Shown here piece by piece: positions 1 through 10,195 of a stretch of DNA of 64,000 nt (its first letter is position 1; each line of letters starts with the position of its first letter). Under the pieces are notes generated by a model. It was not told where the DNA came from. It saw only the letters and a program-made list of their open reading frames with translations, and made no database searches. The stretch is taken from the NCBI GenBank assembly GCA_039194325.1, contig JBCCWC010000014.1, positions 1-64,000 of the forward strand, given 5' to 3'. Both the position numbers and the translations under genes were made by a program. This DNA is from Myxococcota bacterium (GTDB lineage: Bacteria; Myxococcota_A; Polyangia; Nannocystales; Nannocystaceae).

Positions 1-220
1 CACCTGGGATATGTCAACCAATGATAACTTCGAGAACGCTGTTGTTCCTGCTATGGCGGATGATCCACCGATCGATCTTCATCTAACGACCGAAGGCCAG
101 TCAGAGTTCGCTAACATCGCTCAGCGAACCGGCGAGGATCTTCCTTTTGATTTCGATCTGCACCGGCGGCCGGAGGTGGGCGAGCCAGACCTTCCCGGTG
201 CGGACGTTCCGCCTTCGTGA
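1..220 (+). CDS. 3' end of a hypothetical protein, probably starting before the window
   Basis: Frame is open from base 2 to TGA at 218-220; acidic sequence; converges on lolA-like gene; no recognisable motif. Confidence 0.35.
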   Translation, partial: TWDMSTNDNFENAVVPAMADDPPIDLHLTTEGQSEFANIAQRTGEDLPFDFDLHRRPEVGEPDLPGADVPPS

Positions 221-283
221 GCGTTGGAGCAGATCAACGACGGTTGTCTTGGTCGTCTCGGTTCGGCCAAGCTCGGCCAAGCA

Positions 284-1009
284 TCAACCATCGAGCTGAC
301 GCAGAAACCCCGTGATGTCCTCCTCAGGTAAGTTCTGGCGGTGGTCGCTCAACCCCATCACCACGCGATCGCCTTGAGCCTCGGCGACGACGATCTGAGT
401 GATCGTCCCAACCACCGGGTCCAGCTTTAGGCTCACACTTCGTACCTGCCGTCGCGCCGCCGACCCTCGCGGAGGCATCAACTCTAGCCGGTGCCCTCGG
501 CCCTTGGGTACGTGGGTACGCGTATCCTCCAGCAACTCGGTGCCGTCTCCGGGCGAAAACATCCGCCGTAGCCGCTGGCCGAGCCACTGTGCAGCTGGTC
601 TTGCATCCGCCACGGTGGCCGAGGCGTGACTTCGCCCGACGTTGTTGACGAACACGCGGATCTCGTCCCCATCGATCACCGTGGTGCTGCCTTGCCGTCC
701 GTCGTCGCGTAGCACGAGCAGCTGCGGCTCTACGAACACCAAGGTCCCCGTGCTGAGCAGCGGCTCTTCGAGCAGGGAGGTCTCACGCCGGGTGCTCAGG
801 CGGGCCATGAGGTTGCGTGTGCGGCGAGCGTAGCTGCTCCATAGCTCGAGCCGGTTGGCGAGCTTGCGCTGCTGTGGCCCTGGGGCGGCGTGGCCGAGGT
901 TCGTTGGCAGGGTCAACGCGGGCAGGACCAGTGCGGGCACAGCCAGCAACAGCGAGCGGCGGTCAAAGGCACGTGGGTGCCCTGCGGTCCGATGTTGGCG
1001 TTCATCCAT
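284..1009 (-). CDS. LolA-family outer-membrane lipoprotein carrier-like protein with Tat-like signal
   Basis: DRRSLLLAVPALV signal then LolA-like pattern (LLEEPLLSTGTLVFVEPQLL..TTVIDGDEIRV..ITQIVVAEAQGDRVVM); follows MMPL gene; ATG at 1009 (GTG 1027 alternative). Confidence 0.7.
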   Translation of the reverse strand: MDERQHRTAGHPRAFDRRSLLLAVPALVLPALTLPTNLGHAAPGPQQRKLANRLELWSSYARRTRNLMARLSTRRETSLLEEPLLSTGTLVFVEPQLLVLRDDGRQGSTTVIDGDEIRVFVNNVGRSHASATVADARPAAQWLGQRLRRMFSPGDGTELLEDTRTHVPKGRGHRLELMPPRGSAARRQVRSVSLKLDPVVGTITQIVVAEAQGDRVVMGLSDHRQNLPEEDITGFLRQLDG

Positions 1010-1023
1010 CACAGATCTTCCCA

Positions 1024-3726
1024 TCACAGATCTTCGTCCTGCGAACCGGCGCGCTTAGCGCCGTTTTTCGAGAAATCCCCCATCCCAAACACCCGCATCA
1101 TCCCCGGCGCCACGAACAACCCCGCCCCGCTCGCAACCACCGCCCCCACGGCAACCACCAGCCCCACGTAGCTCCACAACGCCTCCCCACTCACAAACAA
1201 TGCCACCCCCGCCACCGCCTGGCACAACCCCGACAGCAGCACCCCCGTGGCGTAGAATCTCGCCCCCGTGCGCACCGACTGACACGCCCGCCCTCCCGCC
1301 ACCATCGCCGCTGCCCCCACCAGCAGCAGCGCCGGCACCAACGCGGGCCCCAGCGGCAGCTTGAGCGCCACCATCACCGCCAGTACCGCCGTCTGAGCGG
1401 TCAACGCCGCGCACGCGCACCCCAGCGCGGCAGCCAAACTCCGCGTGCCCAGCCACACCGCCAGCGCGCCGAGCCACAACTGCCCCATCACATAGATCCC
1501 CAACCAATCCGCAAACCCTTGGCGATCTCGCCTCGCCGCCACCGCGGGCCCGTGCAGCACCAGTGTGTCTCCGCTTTCGGTCTCGATCCGAGGCACCGGC
1601 GTTTCGTCATCCGCGTGCAGGTGCACCTCGGTCACCAGCGTGGTGCCGTCTTCGCTCAGATACCGCCCGATCCACCGCCCCATCGGCCCATCGAGCGCCG
1701 CCTGGGGCGTGGGCAGATCCTCCAGATCTGCGGCCCCTCGCAAGAACTCCCCAAACGCATCGGGTCGAAACCCGCGGGTCTCCAGCTGCTCGCGCAGCGC
1801 CGCCATGCGCTCGTCGATCTTCAACTTCGCCAGCGATCGTTGCCGTGATCTCAGCTCCCCCGGCGGCAGCACCAGTCGCCCTGGCGAGTCCACCCGGGTG
1901 GCGTCTTTGGGCACCAGCGTCGCCAGCTGTCGCGCGTGCTCGGCCGCTCGCTCCAGCGCCGCCGCGGGTGTCTCCCCGCTCGATGTTGCTCGCACGACCA
2001 ACCGCGGGTCGAAGAACGCCTCCCGCACGATCCGCTCTGCTTCGTCGGCCGCCTGCGTCGCGTTCATCGCGTCCGTCGCGTTCATCGCATCCGTCGCGTC
2101 CGTCGCATCCGTCGCATCCGTCTCTTTCGCGGCCCCTCCCGCATGCACGCGATCCCCCCCCGCGGGCACGCGATCCAGCGCCAAGAACGGCAGCCGCCCC
2201 ACGCTCCACGCCCCGCCCCCCAGGGCGCTCACTGCCAGCACCACCGCCAGCCCGCGCAGCGGAAGCAGCACGAACCCTCGCCGCGCCGGCGCGGTGTCAT
2301 ACCGCGCCAACCTCAGCAGCGCCGGCACCACCAGCCGCAGCAAGATCACCACTGCCGCCACCCCGGCCGCCCACTCGATCGACCACTGTTGCCACGCCGG
2401 ATACGGCGACAACCAAAGCGGCAGCAGTGCCCCGCCGAGCACCGCCGCCGCCGGCCACCCGCGCGCCGAGATCCGCGTGAGGTGCAGCGCCCCTTCGCAC
2501 CCGAACCCCAGCACCAGCATCAGCATCGGCACGTCGTACGGCCCCACCGCGGGCCCCAGCGCCAAGATCCCCGCCAGCACCGACCCGAGCACCAGCACGA
2601 TCGCCAGCACCGGTCGAACCGCGCGCATGGCCAGGCTCATCACCACCACCAGCCCCCCGAACCCCAGCACCACGAGCCGATCCCATCCGCCCATGATCGC
2701 CGCCTTCTGCCCAGCCCTCCGCGACCCGGGCCCCACCAGCGCCGCTTCTACTGTCGAGTTGGGCGTCGAGTTAGGCGAGGAGCTGGGCGAGGAGTTGGAC
2801 AGTGCATTGCGCACCTCGTGCAGCAACGCCTCGGGTGCTTGCTCGCTCCGCAGCTGGATCAACAACCCTCGCCCATCCAGCGCCAGCAGATCCCCGGCCG
2901 GCGTTAGCTCGGCCGGCATGTCCTCCGCATTCCCCAAATGCGTCAGCCGCCCGGCGTGCCCTCGCGATAGCGTGTGCAGCCGCAGCGGATCCCTTCGTGG
3001 TTCCTCCCCGCTCACCCCATAGAGTGGCGAGCTCAGCCGCGCGCGCAGGGCATCCACTGCTTCGGCCATGGCCGCGTCGGTCAGCCGCTCGGCGAGCGCT
3101 TCGTGGGCGCTCACCGGCAGCAGGTACAGCGCATGGGCATCGAGCCACGCGGTGAGCTCCGCGGCGGGTGGCCCTAGCGGCACGCGTCGATCTCCCAGCT
3201 GCTCGGCCACCGCAGCCGCGGCCGCAATGAGCCGATCGGTGCCGCTCTCATTGTCCCCCAGCGCATCCTCTTGCACGGTCAGCAGCAGCAGCGGCTCTCC
3301 TTCGGGCGCGCGGTGCTCGGGTGGCACCAGCGCCTCGAGATCCCCCGAGATCTCCACCCCCGGATCTCCCAGCACGCGCCCCAGCAGCACCACGGTCAGC
3401 GCCACCCACACCGTGACGATCGCGCGCGGCCAGGTCCGCGCGAGGCGACGCAGGGACAGCCGGTCCTCATCCTCCGGGACGGTGTCCTCCGTGATGGGGT
3501 CCTCCGAGCCCTCCGGTTCCGCCGAGCCCTCCGAGTCCTCCGAGCCCTCCGGTTCCGCCGAGCCCTCCGAGTCCGCCGAGCCCTCCGGTTCCGCCGCAGT
3601 GGATGCCACCGCCGAGCCCTCGTCCGAGCCCCGATCCTCCGGAGTGCGTTCATCCCGGGAGGTCTCATCCGGGGTGTTCTCCCCGGAGGCGTCGTCGGGA
3701 CGTTTCGATGAGTCGCGTCCGCTCAC
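1024..3726 (-). CDS. MMPL/RND-family membrane exporter
   Basis: 900 aa; two sets of hydrophobic helices separated by large soluble loops (RRDPLRL, RVDSPGRLVLPP, RGFRPDAFGEFL); paired with LolA-like gene. Confidence 0.7.
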   Translation of the reverse strand: MSGRDSSKRPDDASGENTPDETSRDERTPEDRGSDEGSAVASTAAEPEGSADSEGSAEPEGSEDSEGSAEPEGSEDPITEDTVPEDEDRLSLRRLARTWPRAIVTVWVALTVVLLGRVLGDPGVEISGDLEALVPPEHRAPEGEPLLLLTVQEDALGDNESGTDRLIAAAAAVAEQLGDRRVPLGPPAAELTAWLDAHALYLLPVSAHEALAERLTDAAMAEAVDALRARLSSPLYGVSGEEPRRDPLRLHTLSRGHAGRLTHLGNAEDMPAELTPAGDLLALDGRGLLIQLRSEQAPEALLHEVRNALSNSSPSSSPNSTPNSTVEAALVGPGSRRAGQKAAIMGGWDRLVVLGFGGLVVVMSLAMRAVRPVLAIVLVLGSVLAGILALGPAVGPYDVPMLMLVLGFGCEGALHLTRISARGWPAAAVLGGALLPLWLSPYPAWQQWSIEWAAGVAAVVILLRLVVPALLRLARYDTAPARRGFVLLPLRGLAVVLAVSALGGGAWSVGRLPFLALDRVPAGGDRVHAGGAAKETDATDATDATDAMNATDAMNATQAADEAERIVREAFFDPRLVVRATSSGETPAAALERAAEHARQLATLVPKDATRVDSPGRLVLPPGELRSRQRSLAKLKIDERMAALREQLETRGFRPDAFGEFLRGAADLEDLPTPQAALDGPMGRWIGRYLSEDGTTLVTEVHLHADDETPVPRIETESGDTLVLHGPAVAARRDRQGFADWLGIYVMGQLWLGALAVWLGTRSLAAALGCACAALTAQTAVLAVMVALKLPLGPALVPALLLVGAAAMVAGGRACQSVRTGARFYATGVLLSGLCQAVAGVALFVSGEALWSYVGLVVAVGAVVASGAGLFVAPGMMRVFGMGDFSKNGAKRAGSQDEDL
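3500..3597. repeat. In-frame tandem repeat encoding (AEPEGS/EDSEGS)n in the MMPL N-terminus
   Basis: Repeated GAGCCCTCCG units with 18-bp period. Confidence 0.85.
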
Positions 3727-3764
3727 CAGCCGCGGAGGGTAGCACCTCGTGGTATCAACGGGCG

Positions 3765-6029
3765 ATGTCGCTCAACCCGGATCAGCGTGCCGCGGTGGAG
3801 CATCGGGGCGGGCCCTTGCTGGTGTTGGCGGGGGCGGGCACGGGCAAGACGCGGGTGATCACCCATCGGGTGGCGCAGCTGCTCGACGAGGGGATCGAGC
3901 CGTGGCGGATCTTGGCGGTGACCTTCACCAACAAGGCGGCCGGGGAGATGCGCGAGCGGATCGACGGCTTGGCGGGGGGTCGCCACGCCACTCGTGAGCT
4001 CTGGGTGGGCACCTTCCACTCGATCTGCGCCCGGATCTTGCGGCGTCATGGCGAGCAGGTGGGCGTGTCCCCGCGCTTTTCGATCTACGACCCGGGCGAT
4101 CAGCAAACGGTGATGGGCCAGGTGCTCAAGGAGCTCAAGGTCCCCGACAAGCTCTACACCCCGCGCGGCGTGCTGGGCTTTCTCGATCGTGCCAAGAACC
4201 GCGGGCTCGACCCCAGCGGGATCGATCGCTTGGAGCTCCCCTCGCCGGTGGCCGCCGTGGTGCGCGAGGCCTACACCCTCTACGAAAAGCGCCTGCGGGC
4301 GGCCGACGCCGCCGACTTTGGCGATCTGCTCCTGCTCACCGTCAAGCTCTTGCGCGGGGCCAAGCGCCCGCGCGAGGGTCAGCTGGCCGACTTCGATCCC
4401 GCGGCCCGCTTGCTCACCCGTTTTCAGCACGTGGTGGTCGACGAGTTCCAGGACACCAACCCGATCCAGGCCGAGCTGGTCGACCTGCTGGCCAGCCGAG
4501 CCGAGCTTTGTGTGGTGGGCGACGACGATCAGGCGATCTACGGCTGGCGCGGCGCCGACGTCAAACAGATCCTCGACTTTGCGCGGCACCACCCCGGCAC
4601 CCAGACGATCCGCCTCGAGCAGAACTACCGCAGCACCACCCGGATCCTGCGTTGTGCCGACTCCGTGATCCGTCGCAACCGCGATCGCCTGGGCAAGACT
4701 TTATGGAGCGACCGAGGCGAGGGCGACGCCGTGCGGGTGATCGCGGTCGACGACGAGCGCGACGAGGCGCGCCTGGTGGCCTACGAGGTGCTGCGGGCGA
4801 TCGACGAGGGGGCCTCCCCCAGCGACTTTGCGATCTTCTACCGCACCCACGCCCAGTCGCGCGCGATCGAAGAGCAGATGCGCCGCGCGGGCCTCTCGTG
4901 TCGGATCGTCGGCGGCGTGGCCTTCTACGAGCGGATGGAGGTCAAGGACGTCCTCTCCTACCTCACCGTGCTGCTCAACCCGCACAGCGACGTGCACCTG
5001 GCCCGGATCATCAACCGGCCCGCACGCAAGATCGGCAAGACCTCCCTCACCCGCCTGCAAGATCGCGCCGCCGCCGAGGGGATCTCGCTATGGGACGCCT
5101 TGCGCGAGCCCACGGCGGCGGGCCTGGGCAAGGCGGCGGCCAAGCGGGTGCACGAGTTCGTGGGCTTGATCGAGCCGCTGCGCGAGTCGGTGGGTCGGCA
5201 GCGTGTCGACGAGCTGCTCGCCCGGATCGTCGCGGCCACCGGCTACCACGCCTGGCTCGATCAAGACGGCAGCGAGGAGGCGCGCACTCGGCTGGAGAAC
5301 CTTCAGGAGCTGTTGGGCAACGCCCAGGAGTTCTGCGAGGAGCGCCCCGACGCCAAGCCCTTCGAGTACCTCGAGCTGGTCAGCTTGGTGGGCGGCGAGC
5401 GGGGCGAGGGCGACCGCGGTCGGGTGATCACCATGATGACGATCCACAGCGCCAAGGGGCTCGAGTTCCCGATTGTCTACCTCACCGGCATGGAGGAGCG
5501 GATCTTCCCCCACGCGCGGGTGCTCGACGATCCGGTGCAGCTGGAGGAAGAGCGGCGCCTGGCCTATGTGGCGGTGACCCGGGCCAAGGATCAGCTCACG
5601 CTCACCCTGGCGCGTCGCCGGCGGATCTACGGCCAGCTGCAGGTGGGCAACCCTTCGCGCTTCGTCGTCGACCTGCCCGCGGATGCCACCGCCACCGTGG
5701 GCCTGCGGCCGCGGGCCCATCTGTCGGTGGTGCGCCCGTCGCCGACCCCGACCCCCGCCCCCCCTCGGGAGCCCAGCTGGAACGACGACATCGAGTACGA
5801 CGAAGCGCCCGACGCTCCCTTCACCGACGAAGAGCTCGGGGGTGGCGAGCACTACGACGAGGTGGGCGAGGGCGTGGCCCTCTACGTGGGGATGCCCGTT
5901 CGCCACCGCAAGTTTGGCGAGGGCGTGCTCAAGGGCTGGAGCGGGGTCGGCGACGACCTCAAGCTTCAGCTACGCTTCCCTGGGCACGGCGCCAAGACGA
6001 TCCTGGCCCGCTTTTGCGAGCCGCTCTAG
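3765..6029 (+). CDS. uvrD: ATP-dependent DNA helicase UvrD/PcrA
   Basis: LNPDQ, AGAGTGKT, VDEFQD, VGDDDQAIYGWRGA, LEQNYRST, TIHSAKGLEF, EERRLAYVAVTRA; C-terminal Tudor-like VRHRKFGEG; ATG at 3765. Confidence 0.95.
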   Translation: MSLNPDQRAAVEHRGGPLLVLAGAGTGKTRVITHRVAQLLDEGIEPWRILAVTFTNKAAGEMRERIDGLAGGRHATRELWVGTFHSICARILRRHGEQVGVSPRFSIYDPGDQQTVMGQVLKELKVPDKLYTPRGVLGFLDRAKNRGLDPSGIDRLELPSPVAAVVREAYTLYEKRLRAADAADFGDLLLLTVKLLRGAKRPREGQLADFDPAARLLTRFQHVVVDEFQDTNPIQAELVDLLASRAELCVVGDDDQAIYGWRGADVKQILDFARHHPGTQTIRLEQNYRSTTRILRCADSVIRRNRDRLGKTLWSDRGEGDAVRVIAVDDERDEARLVAYEVLRAIDEGASPSDFAIFYRTHAQSRAIEEQMRRAGLSCRIVGGVAFYERMEVKDVLSYLTVLLNPHSDVHLARIINRPARKIGKTSLTRLQDRAAAEGISLWDALREPTAAGLGKAAAKRVHEFVGLIEPLRESVGRQRVDELLARIVAATGYHAWLDQDGSEEARTRLENLQELLGNAQEFCEERPDAKPFEYLELVSLVGGERGEGDRGRVITMMTIHSAKGLEFPIVYLTGMEERIFPHARVLDDPVQLEEERRLAYVAVTRAKDQLTLTLARRRRIYGQLQVGNPSRFVVDLPADATATVGLRPRAHLSVVRPSPTPTPAPPREPSWNDDIEYDEAPDAPFTDEELGGGEHYDEVGEGVALYVGMPVRHRKFGEGVLKGWSGVGDDLKLQLRFPGHGAKTILARFCEPL

Positions 6030-6060
6030 AGCCGAGACGAGCTCTTCGACGAAGCGCGAC

Positions 6061-6161
6061 GATCCGACGCGACAAAGCGCCACAGATCCGACGCTATGGA
6101 GCTGACCGGATCCGACCGGCTCCGACGCGACGGAGCTGACCGGCTCCGACGCGACGGAGCC
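6061..6161. repeat. Tandem 24-bp hairpin-containing repeats between convergent genes
   Basis: GACCGGCTCCGACGCGACGGAGC(T/C) at 6114-6137 and 6138-6161 plus degenerate copies upstream; internal GCTCCG/CGGAGC stem. Confidence 0.75.
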
Positions 6162-6169
6162 GATCTGCA

Positions 6170-6556
6170 TTACCCCGAGGTCGGTTCGATGCGGCGCATC
6201 GCAGCCTCGAACTCCATCCCCAAGAGATCGCGGAACGCCTCGAGCTTCGCCGAGGGTCCATGGGCGGCGCGTGCCTGCTTGGCGGCCCGATCGCGTTCGG
6301 CCCGAAGCTCGCCCAGGCGATCCACTTCGGCGTGGAGATCCAGCGCCGCATACAGGTAGGCTCGGTGCAGGCCCTCCCCGCGTAGTGTTTCGTACGCGGC
6401 TCGGATCCGCTGAAAGCCGTCGGGATCGGTATGGGGAGGACTCTCGGCGAGCATGGCAAAGTAGGCCTGCTTGACCCGCCCCGGATCGAGCGTGGGAGCG
6501 ATCCCCAGCACGACGAAGGGGCATACTACCCTCGTAGACGACTCAGGCGCGGTCAT
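6170..6556 (-). CDS. J-domain (DnaJ-like) protein with degenerate HPD motif
   Basis: PFVVLGI..VKQAYFAMLAESPPHTDPDGFQRIRAAYETL J-domain pattern; ATGA overlap with upstream gene. Confidence 0.85.
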   Translation of the reverse strand: MTAPESSTRVVCPFVVLGIAPTLDPGRVKQAYFAMLAESPPHTDPDGFQRIRAAYETLRGEGLHRAYLYAALDLHAEVDRLGELRAERDRAAKQARAAHGPSAKLEAFRDLLGMEFEAAMRRIEPTSG

Positions 6557-8526
6557 TTGGTCGCCTCCGCGACCGTCTGTGAGCGTTCGGCCTCTTCAAT
6601 CGTCGATCCATAGTCGTCGGCCTCGTGTTGGAGCTCCGGGGGCAGGCATCGCTGCACCATCCCGACCAACGCACCATATTGGAGCTCTCCACGCTGGCAT
6701 GCGTCCACGAGTCGATCGATGAGGGTTGTGCCCAGGGCTGGCGGATAGTTGGTGAGATGGAGCATTGCCTCGAACAGCTCGACCAGATCATCCACGCACC
6801 ATTGTGCGCGCTGTTCGATCCGTCGCTGCATATACCGGTCGAGCGTCGGCCACTCGTGCGCCCAGATCATCCGTGCCACCCCCACAATCTCCGTGTTCGA
6901 CGGTTGCTCTCCCAAGTAGGCTTCGACCCAGCGTACGCCGTCTTCGAGGTACTCGGGCTCGTGCAGGATCAGGTGAAGCACCTCCATGGATCGGGGCACG
7001 ACCCGCATTCCGTGGCTCTCGATGAAGGCCCGCTGTCGGGGCCCAAAGCCCTCTGCGACATGCTCGGCCATCGCCAGCTCGACCATGTCGAGCAGGGGGC
7101 CGGGGACGAGCATGAGGGGGGGCATCGCGTTGAGCTCGTCAATGAAATCGAGCAGGCTCTCGGGCACGTTGGGCCACTGCTGATCTTTGAACTGTATGAC
7201 CCGTTGCCGGAGTTGCTCGACCGTGGGAGTGGTCGACCAGCGAATCGTCGGAAGCTCGAGCTCGCGGAATTCCAGGCAGTGCACCACCGCAGTGGCAAGC
7301 TGTGCCTGCTCGACCGCCGACGCGCGATCCCACAGCTGCTCGACCACGTCGAGCAGTCGCTTCCAGGGGAGCGCCTCGAGCTTGTGCACGAACGCAATAC
7401 GGCGTCGCTCATCGAGCGACATCAGCCATTCCAGCAGCGTGCCACGGTGCAAGGCCGTGTCGTAGGCACGGGCGATCCACGGCGGAGGAACGCCCTCCCA
7501 AGAAGGACGATCCTCATCCAGGTCGTCGTACCAAAGCTCGAAGGCGTGCCCCCAGACTGCGACGTTGCTCGCTCGTTTGTGCATCCGGCCGGCGATGGCG
7601 ACCGCGTCGGCGCGGAGCCAAGGCTGGGGCTCGAGGCTGATGAACGCCGCCTGGGCTAGCGTGCGGACGTTGCGATCACCTGAGGCCACGTCGAGCAATC
7701 GCCCCAGGCAGTGCAGGTTCTGGCGTTGAGACCGGGGACTCAGCCGGTTGCACAGCCGAATGGCCAGGCCGAGCGTGTCTGGATCTCGGTGGTGGGTGCT
7801 GAGCCGGGCGATGAGGTTGAGGCCGGTTCGTAGCGCGTCGAGATCCTCGGCTATTGCGGCCTCGAGGGTTCGCAAGCGTATCGCGGGTAGTGCCGCGGCG
7901 GCATGCGCCTGCCTGGCGGCGTGACTTAGGTGTTCGAGATGGCGGGTGATCGGCTCCTCGAGTTTTTGCGGGTGTAGCACAAAGGAGCTCGCGAGGACGG
8001 CCTGTCGAAACGCATCGGCAGTCTCGAGCGGCTGCGGGAAGTCCCACGAAGGGCGGAGCGGCTCGCACAGGTACGGGAGCTCGTCGGCGTGCTCGGGCGG
8101 GATCCACTGGCCGTGCACGGCGGCGGCTCCGAGCCAGGGGCGCAGCTGAGGTGCGCGTTGCTCAAGCGTGGGTCCCAGAGCATCGGACAATCGGCGGAGC
8201 GATGTCCGTAGATCGTACTCGACGCACGGACCCAGCATGATCCAGCGGCAGGTCGTGGCTTCGGGCTCCGGGAGCAGCCGGAGATCGGCCAGGCCGTCGG
8301 CGAGCCCCTTGGCCAGCCGAAGCAAGCGGGCGGAGTCTTTACGGCGGCGGGATGCAGCCACGTCTCGAGCGAAGATCTGGGCGACCACGCTCGGATCGGG
8401 CACAGAGGAGACTCTCGCCGCGAGCTCGAGCACTTCGACCGCGTCGCTTCGGCGGAGCGCCCGCTCGAGCAGGGCCTCGTCGCGTTTTTGCTGTTTGCGC
8501 GCCCGTCGGGCGGTTCGCTTGGCCAT
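6553..8526 (-). CDS. Hypothetical helical protein (657 aa) in Hsp70 operon
   Basis: ATG 8526 preceded by GGAGGA RBS, 16 bp after Hsp70 stop; coupled to J-domain gene. Confidence 0.75.
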   Translation of the reverse strand: MAKRTARRARKQQKRDEALLERALRRSDAVEVLELAARVSSVPDPSVVAQIFARDVAASRRRKDSARLLRLAKGLADGLADLRLLPEPEATTCRWIMLGPCVEYDLRTSLRRLSDALGPTLEQRAPQLRPWLGAAAVHGQWIPPEHADELPYLCEPLRPSWDFPQPLETADAFRQAVLASSFVLHPQKLEEPITRHLEHLSHAARQAHAAAALPAIRLRTLEAAIAEDLDALRTGLNLIARLSTHHRDPDTLGLAIRLCNRLSPRSQRQNLHCLGRLLDVASGDRNVRTLAQAAFISLEPQPWLRADAVAIAGRMHKRASNVAVWGHAFELWYDDLDEDRPSWEGVPPPWIARAYDTALHRGTLLEWLMSLDERRRIAFVHKLEALPWKRLLDVVEQLWDRASAVEQAQLATAVVHCLEFRELELPTIRWSTTPTVEQLRQRVIQFKDQQWPNVPESLLDFIDELNAMPPLMLVPGPLLDMVELAMAEHVAEGFGPRQRAFIESHGMRVVPRSMEVLHLILHEPEYLEDGVRWVEAYLGEQPSNTEIVGVARMIWAHEWPTLDRYMQRRIEQRAQWCVDDLVELFEAMLHLTNYPPALGTTLIDRLVDACQRGELQYGALVGMVQRCLPPELQHEADDYGSTIEEAERSQTVAEATK

Positions 8527-8542
8527 GGCTTGGTGTCCTCCG

Positions 8543-10195
8543 CTATCGCCCCTCGTACTCCAGGAACAGCTCAAGCAGCTCGTCTTCGGCTTGCTCGCGC
8601 GCCTCGTCGTCCTGTGCGTTGTCGTAGCCGTCGAGGGCGGCCTGCAGCACCACTCGATCCTCTTGTTGTGGCAACGACTCGAGCAGCGCTCGGGCACGGC
8701 GGACGACGGCGCTCTTTGTCTTTGATGCCCGGTCGGTCTCGGTCGTCGAGGTGGAGTCGGGGACGGTGAGCTGCACGATCTTCTCGTCTCCGCCCGGCTG
8801 TGATGCGGTCACCCGCACGACGCCATCGAGGTCGTAGGCCAGGCGGATCCACACGGGTGAGCCGACGGGCACCGGTCGAAGCGGGAACTCGAAACGGCCA
8901 ACTCGTGCATTACGTGAAGCACGGGGCGACTCGCCTTGCATCACCTCCACCTCCACGTGAGGTTGCTGGTCGATCCCCGTGTAGAACTCCTCGGTGCGCT
9001 CGGTGGGCAAGGCGGTGTTGCGGCGCACGATTGGGCTGAAATTGTCGTCCCAAGGATTGCGGCGGTTGGTCGTGCGTATGCCCAGGGAGTGGGGGGCCAC
9101 GTCGACGAGCAAGCGCTCGACGGGTTGATCTTGCAAAAGCCCCGACTGGATCGCGGCCCCGAGCCCCACGGCGAGATCGGGATCGATCTCCTCGTGGATC
9201 TCGGCGTCGAAGCTCGTGGCGAGCAGCTGGCGGATCCTCGGGATCCGAGTAGAGCCACCCACCAGGCAGATCCGCGTCAAACGCTCGCCGGGTGCGAGCC
9301 GGGCCTCGTCGAGCACGCGGTGGGACAGCTCGAGGGTTGACCGCAGCAGATCGTCGATCAGCGCTTCGAGCTCTCGGCGAGTGACCACGAGCTCGAGGTG
9401 AAGCGGCTGGTCTCCATGGGCCAAGAACTCCTCGCGCACCTCCACCTGGGGCTCGGCAGACAGCGTGATCTTGGTGTCTTCGGCGGCGCGCCGCAGCCGA
9501 GCCATCGCGGCCGGGCTGGAGCGCACGTCGGTGTGGTGTTGGGTGCGGATCGTGTCCACGAAGCGGCGCACCAACCGCTCGTCGAAGTCGTCGCCACCCA
9601 GCGCGCTGTTGCCCGTGCTCGCGCGCACCTCTCGAACTTCGCCCATCACCTCGAGCACCGACACGTCGAAGGTGCCGCCGCCCAGATCGTAGACGAGCAT
9701 GATCTCGGGGGTCTTGGGGGCGTTGGGTCGCTCGTAGACCAGCGAGGCGGCGGTGGGCTCGTTGAGCAGCCGCAGCACCTCGAGCCCCGCGCGCTCGCCA
9801 GCCGCGAGCGTGGCTCGGCGCTGGGCATCATCGAAGTATGCGGGCACGGTGATGACCGCCTTGTCGAGCACCTCGCCCAGCTCTCGCTCGGCGCCGTGCT
9901 TGAGCGCGCGGAGGATCTCGGCCGAGACGTCCTCGGGGGGGATCGCTCGCCCGGCGACGTCGATGCTCGCCTCGCGTCCGATCTTGCGCTTGACCGACTG
10001 CACTGTGCGCTCGGGCCATTGCAGGGCCAAGTTCCGGGCCGGTCGCCCCGTGCTGACGGTGCCATCCTCCTGGTAGAGGACGACCGAAGGGACGACCGGA
10101 GATCCGTCGATCGGCAGAGCGCGCGGTCGGCCTTCATTGAGAGTTGCGACCACGGAGTTGGTCGTGCCTAGATCGATTCCAATGACTGTATTCAT
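8543..10195 (-). CDS. Hsp70/DnaK-family chaperone (non-canonical, short lid)
   Basis: IGIDLGTTNS, VITVPAYFDDAQR, LNEPTAA, YDLGGGTFDVS, LGGDDFD, LVGGSTRIP, LVDVAPHSLG; 550 aa. Confidence 0.95.
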   Translation of the reverse strand: MNTVIGIDLGTTNSVVATLNEGRPRALPIDGSPVVPSVVLYQEDGTVSTGRPARNLALQWPERTVQSVKRKIGREASIDVAGRAIPPEDVSAEILRALKHGAERELGEVLDKAVITVPAYFDDAQRRATLAAGERAGLEVLRLLNEPTAASLVYERPNAPKTPEIMLVYDLGGGTFDVSVLEVMGEVREVRASTGNSALGGDDFDERLVRRFVDTIRTQHHTDVRSSPAAMARLRRAAEDTKITLSAEPQVEVREEFLAHGDQPLHLELVVTRRELEALIDDLLRSTLELSHRVLDEARLAPGERLTRICLVGGSTRIPRIRQLLATSFDAEIHEEIDPDLAVGLGAAIQSGLLQDQPVERLLVDVAPHSLGIRTTNRRNPWDDNFSPIVRRNTALPTERTEEFYTGIDQQPHVEVEVMQGESPRASRNARVGRFEFPLRPVPVGSPVWIRLAYDLDGVVRVTASQPGGDEKIVQLTVPDSTSTTETDRASKTKSAVVRRARALLESLPQQEDRVVLQAALDGYDNAQDDEAREQAEDELLELFLEYEGR

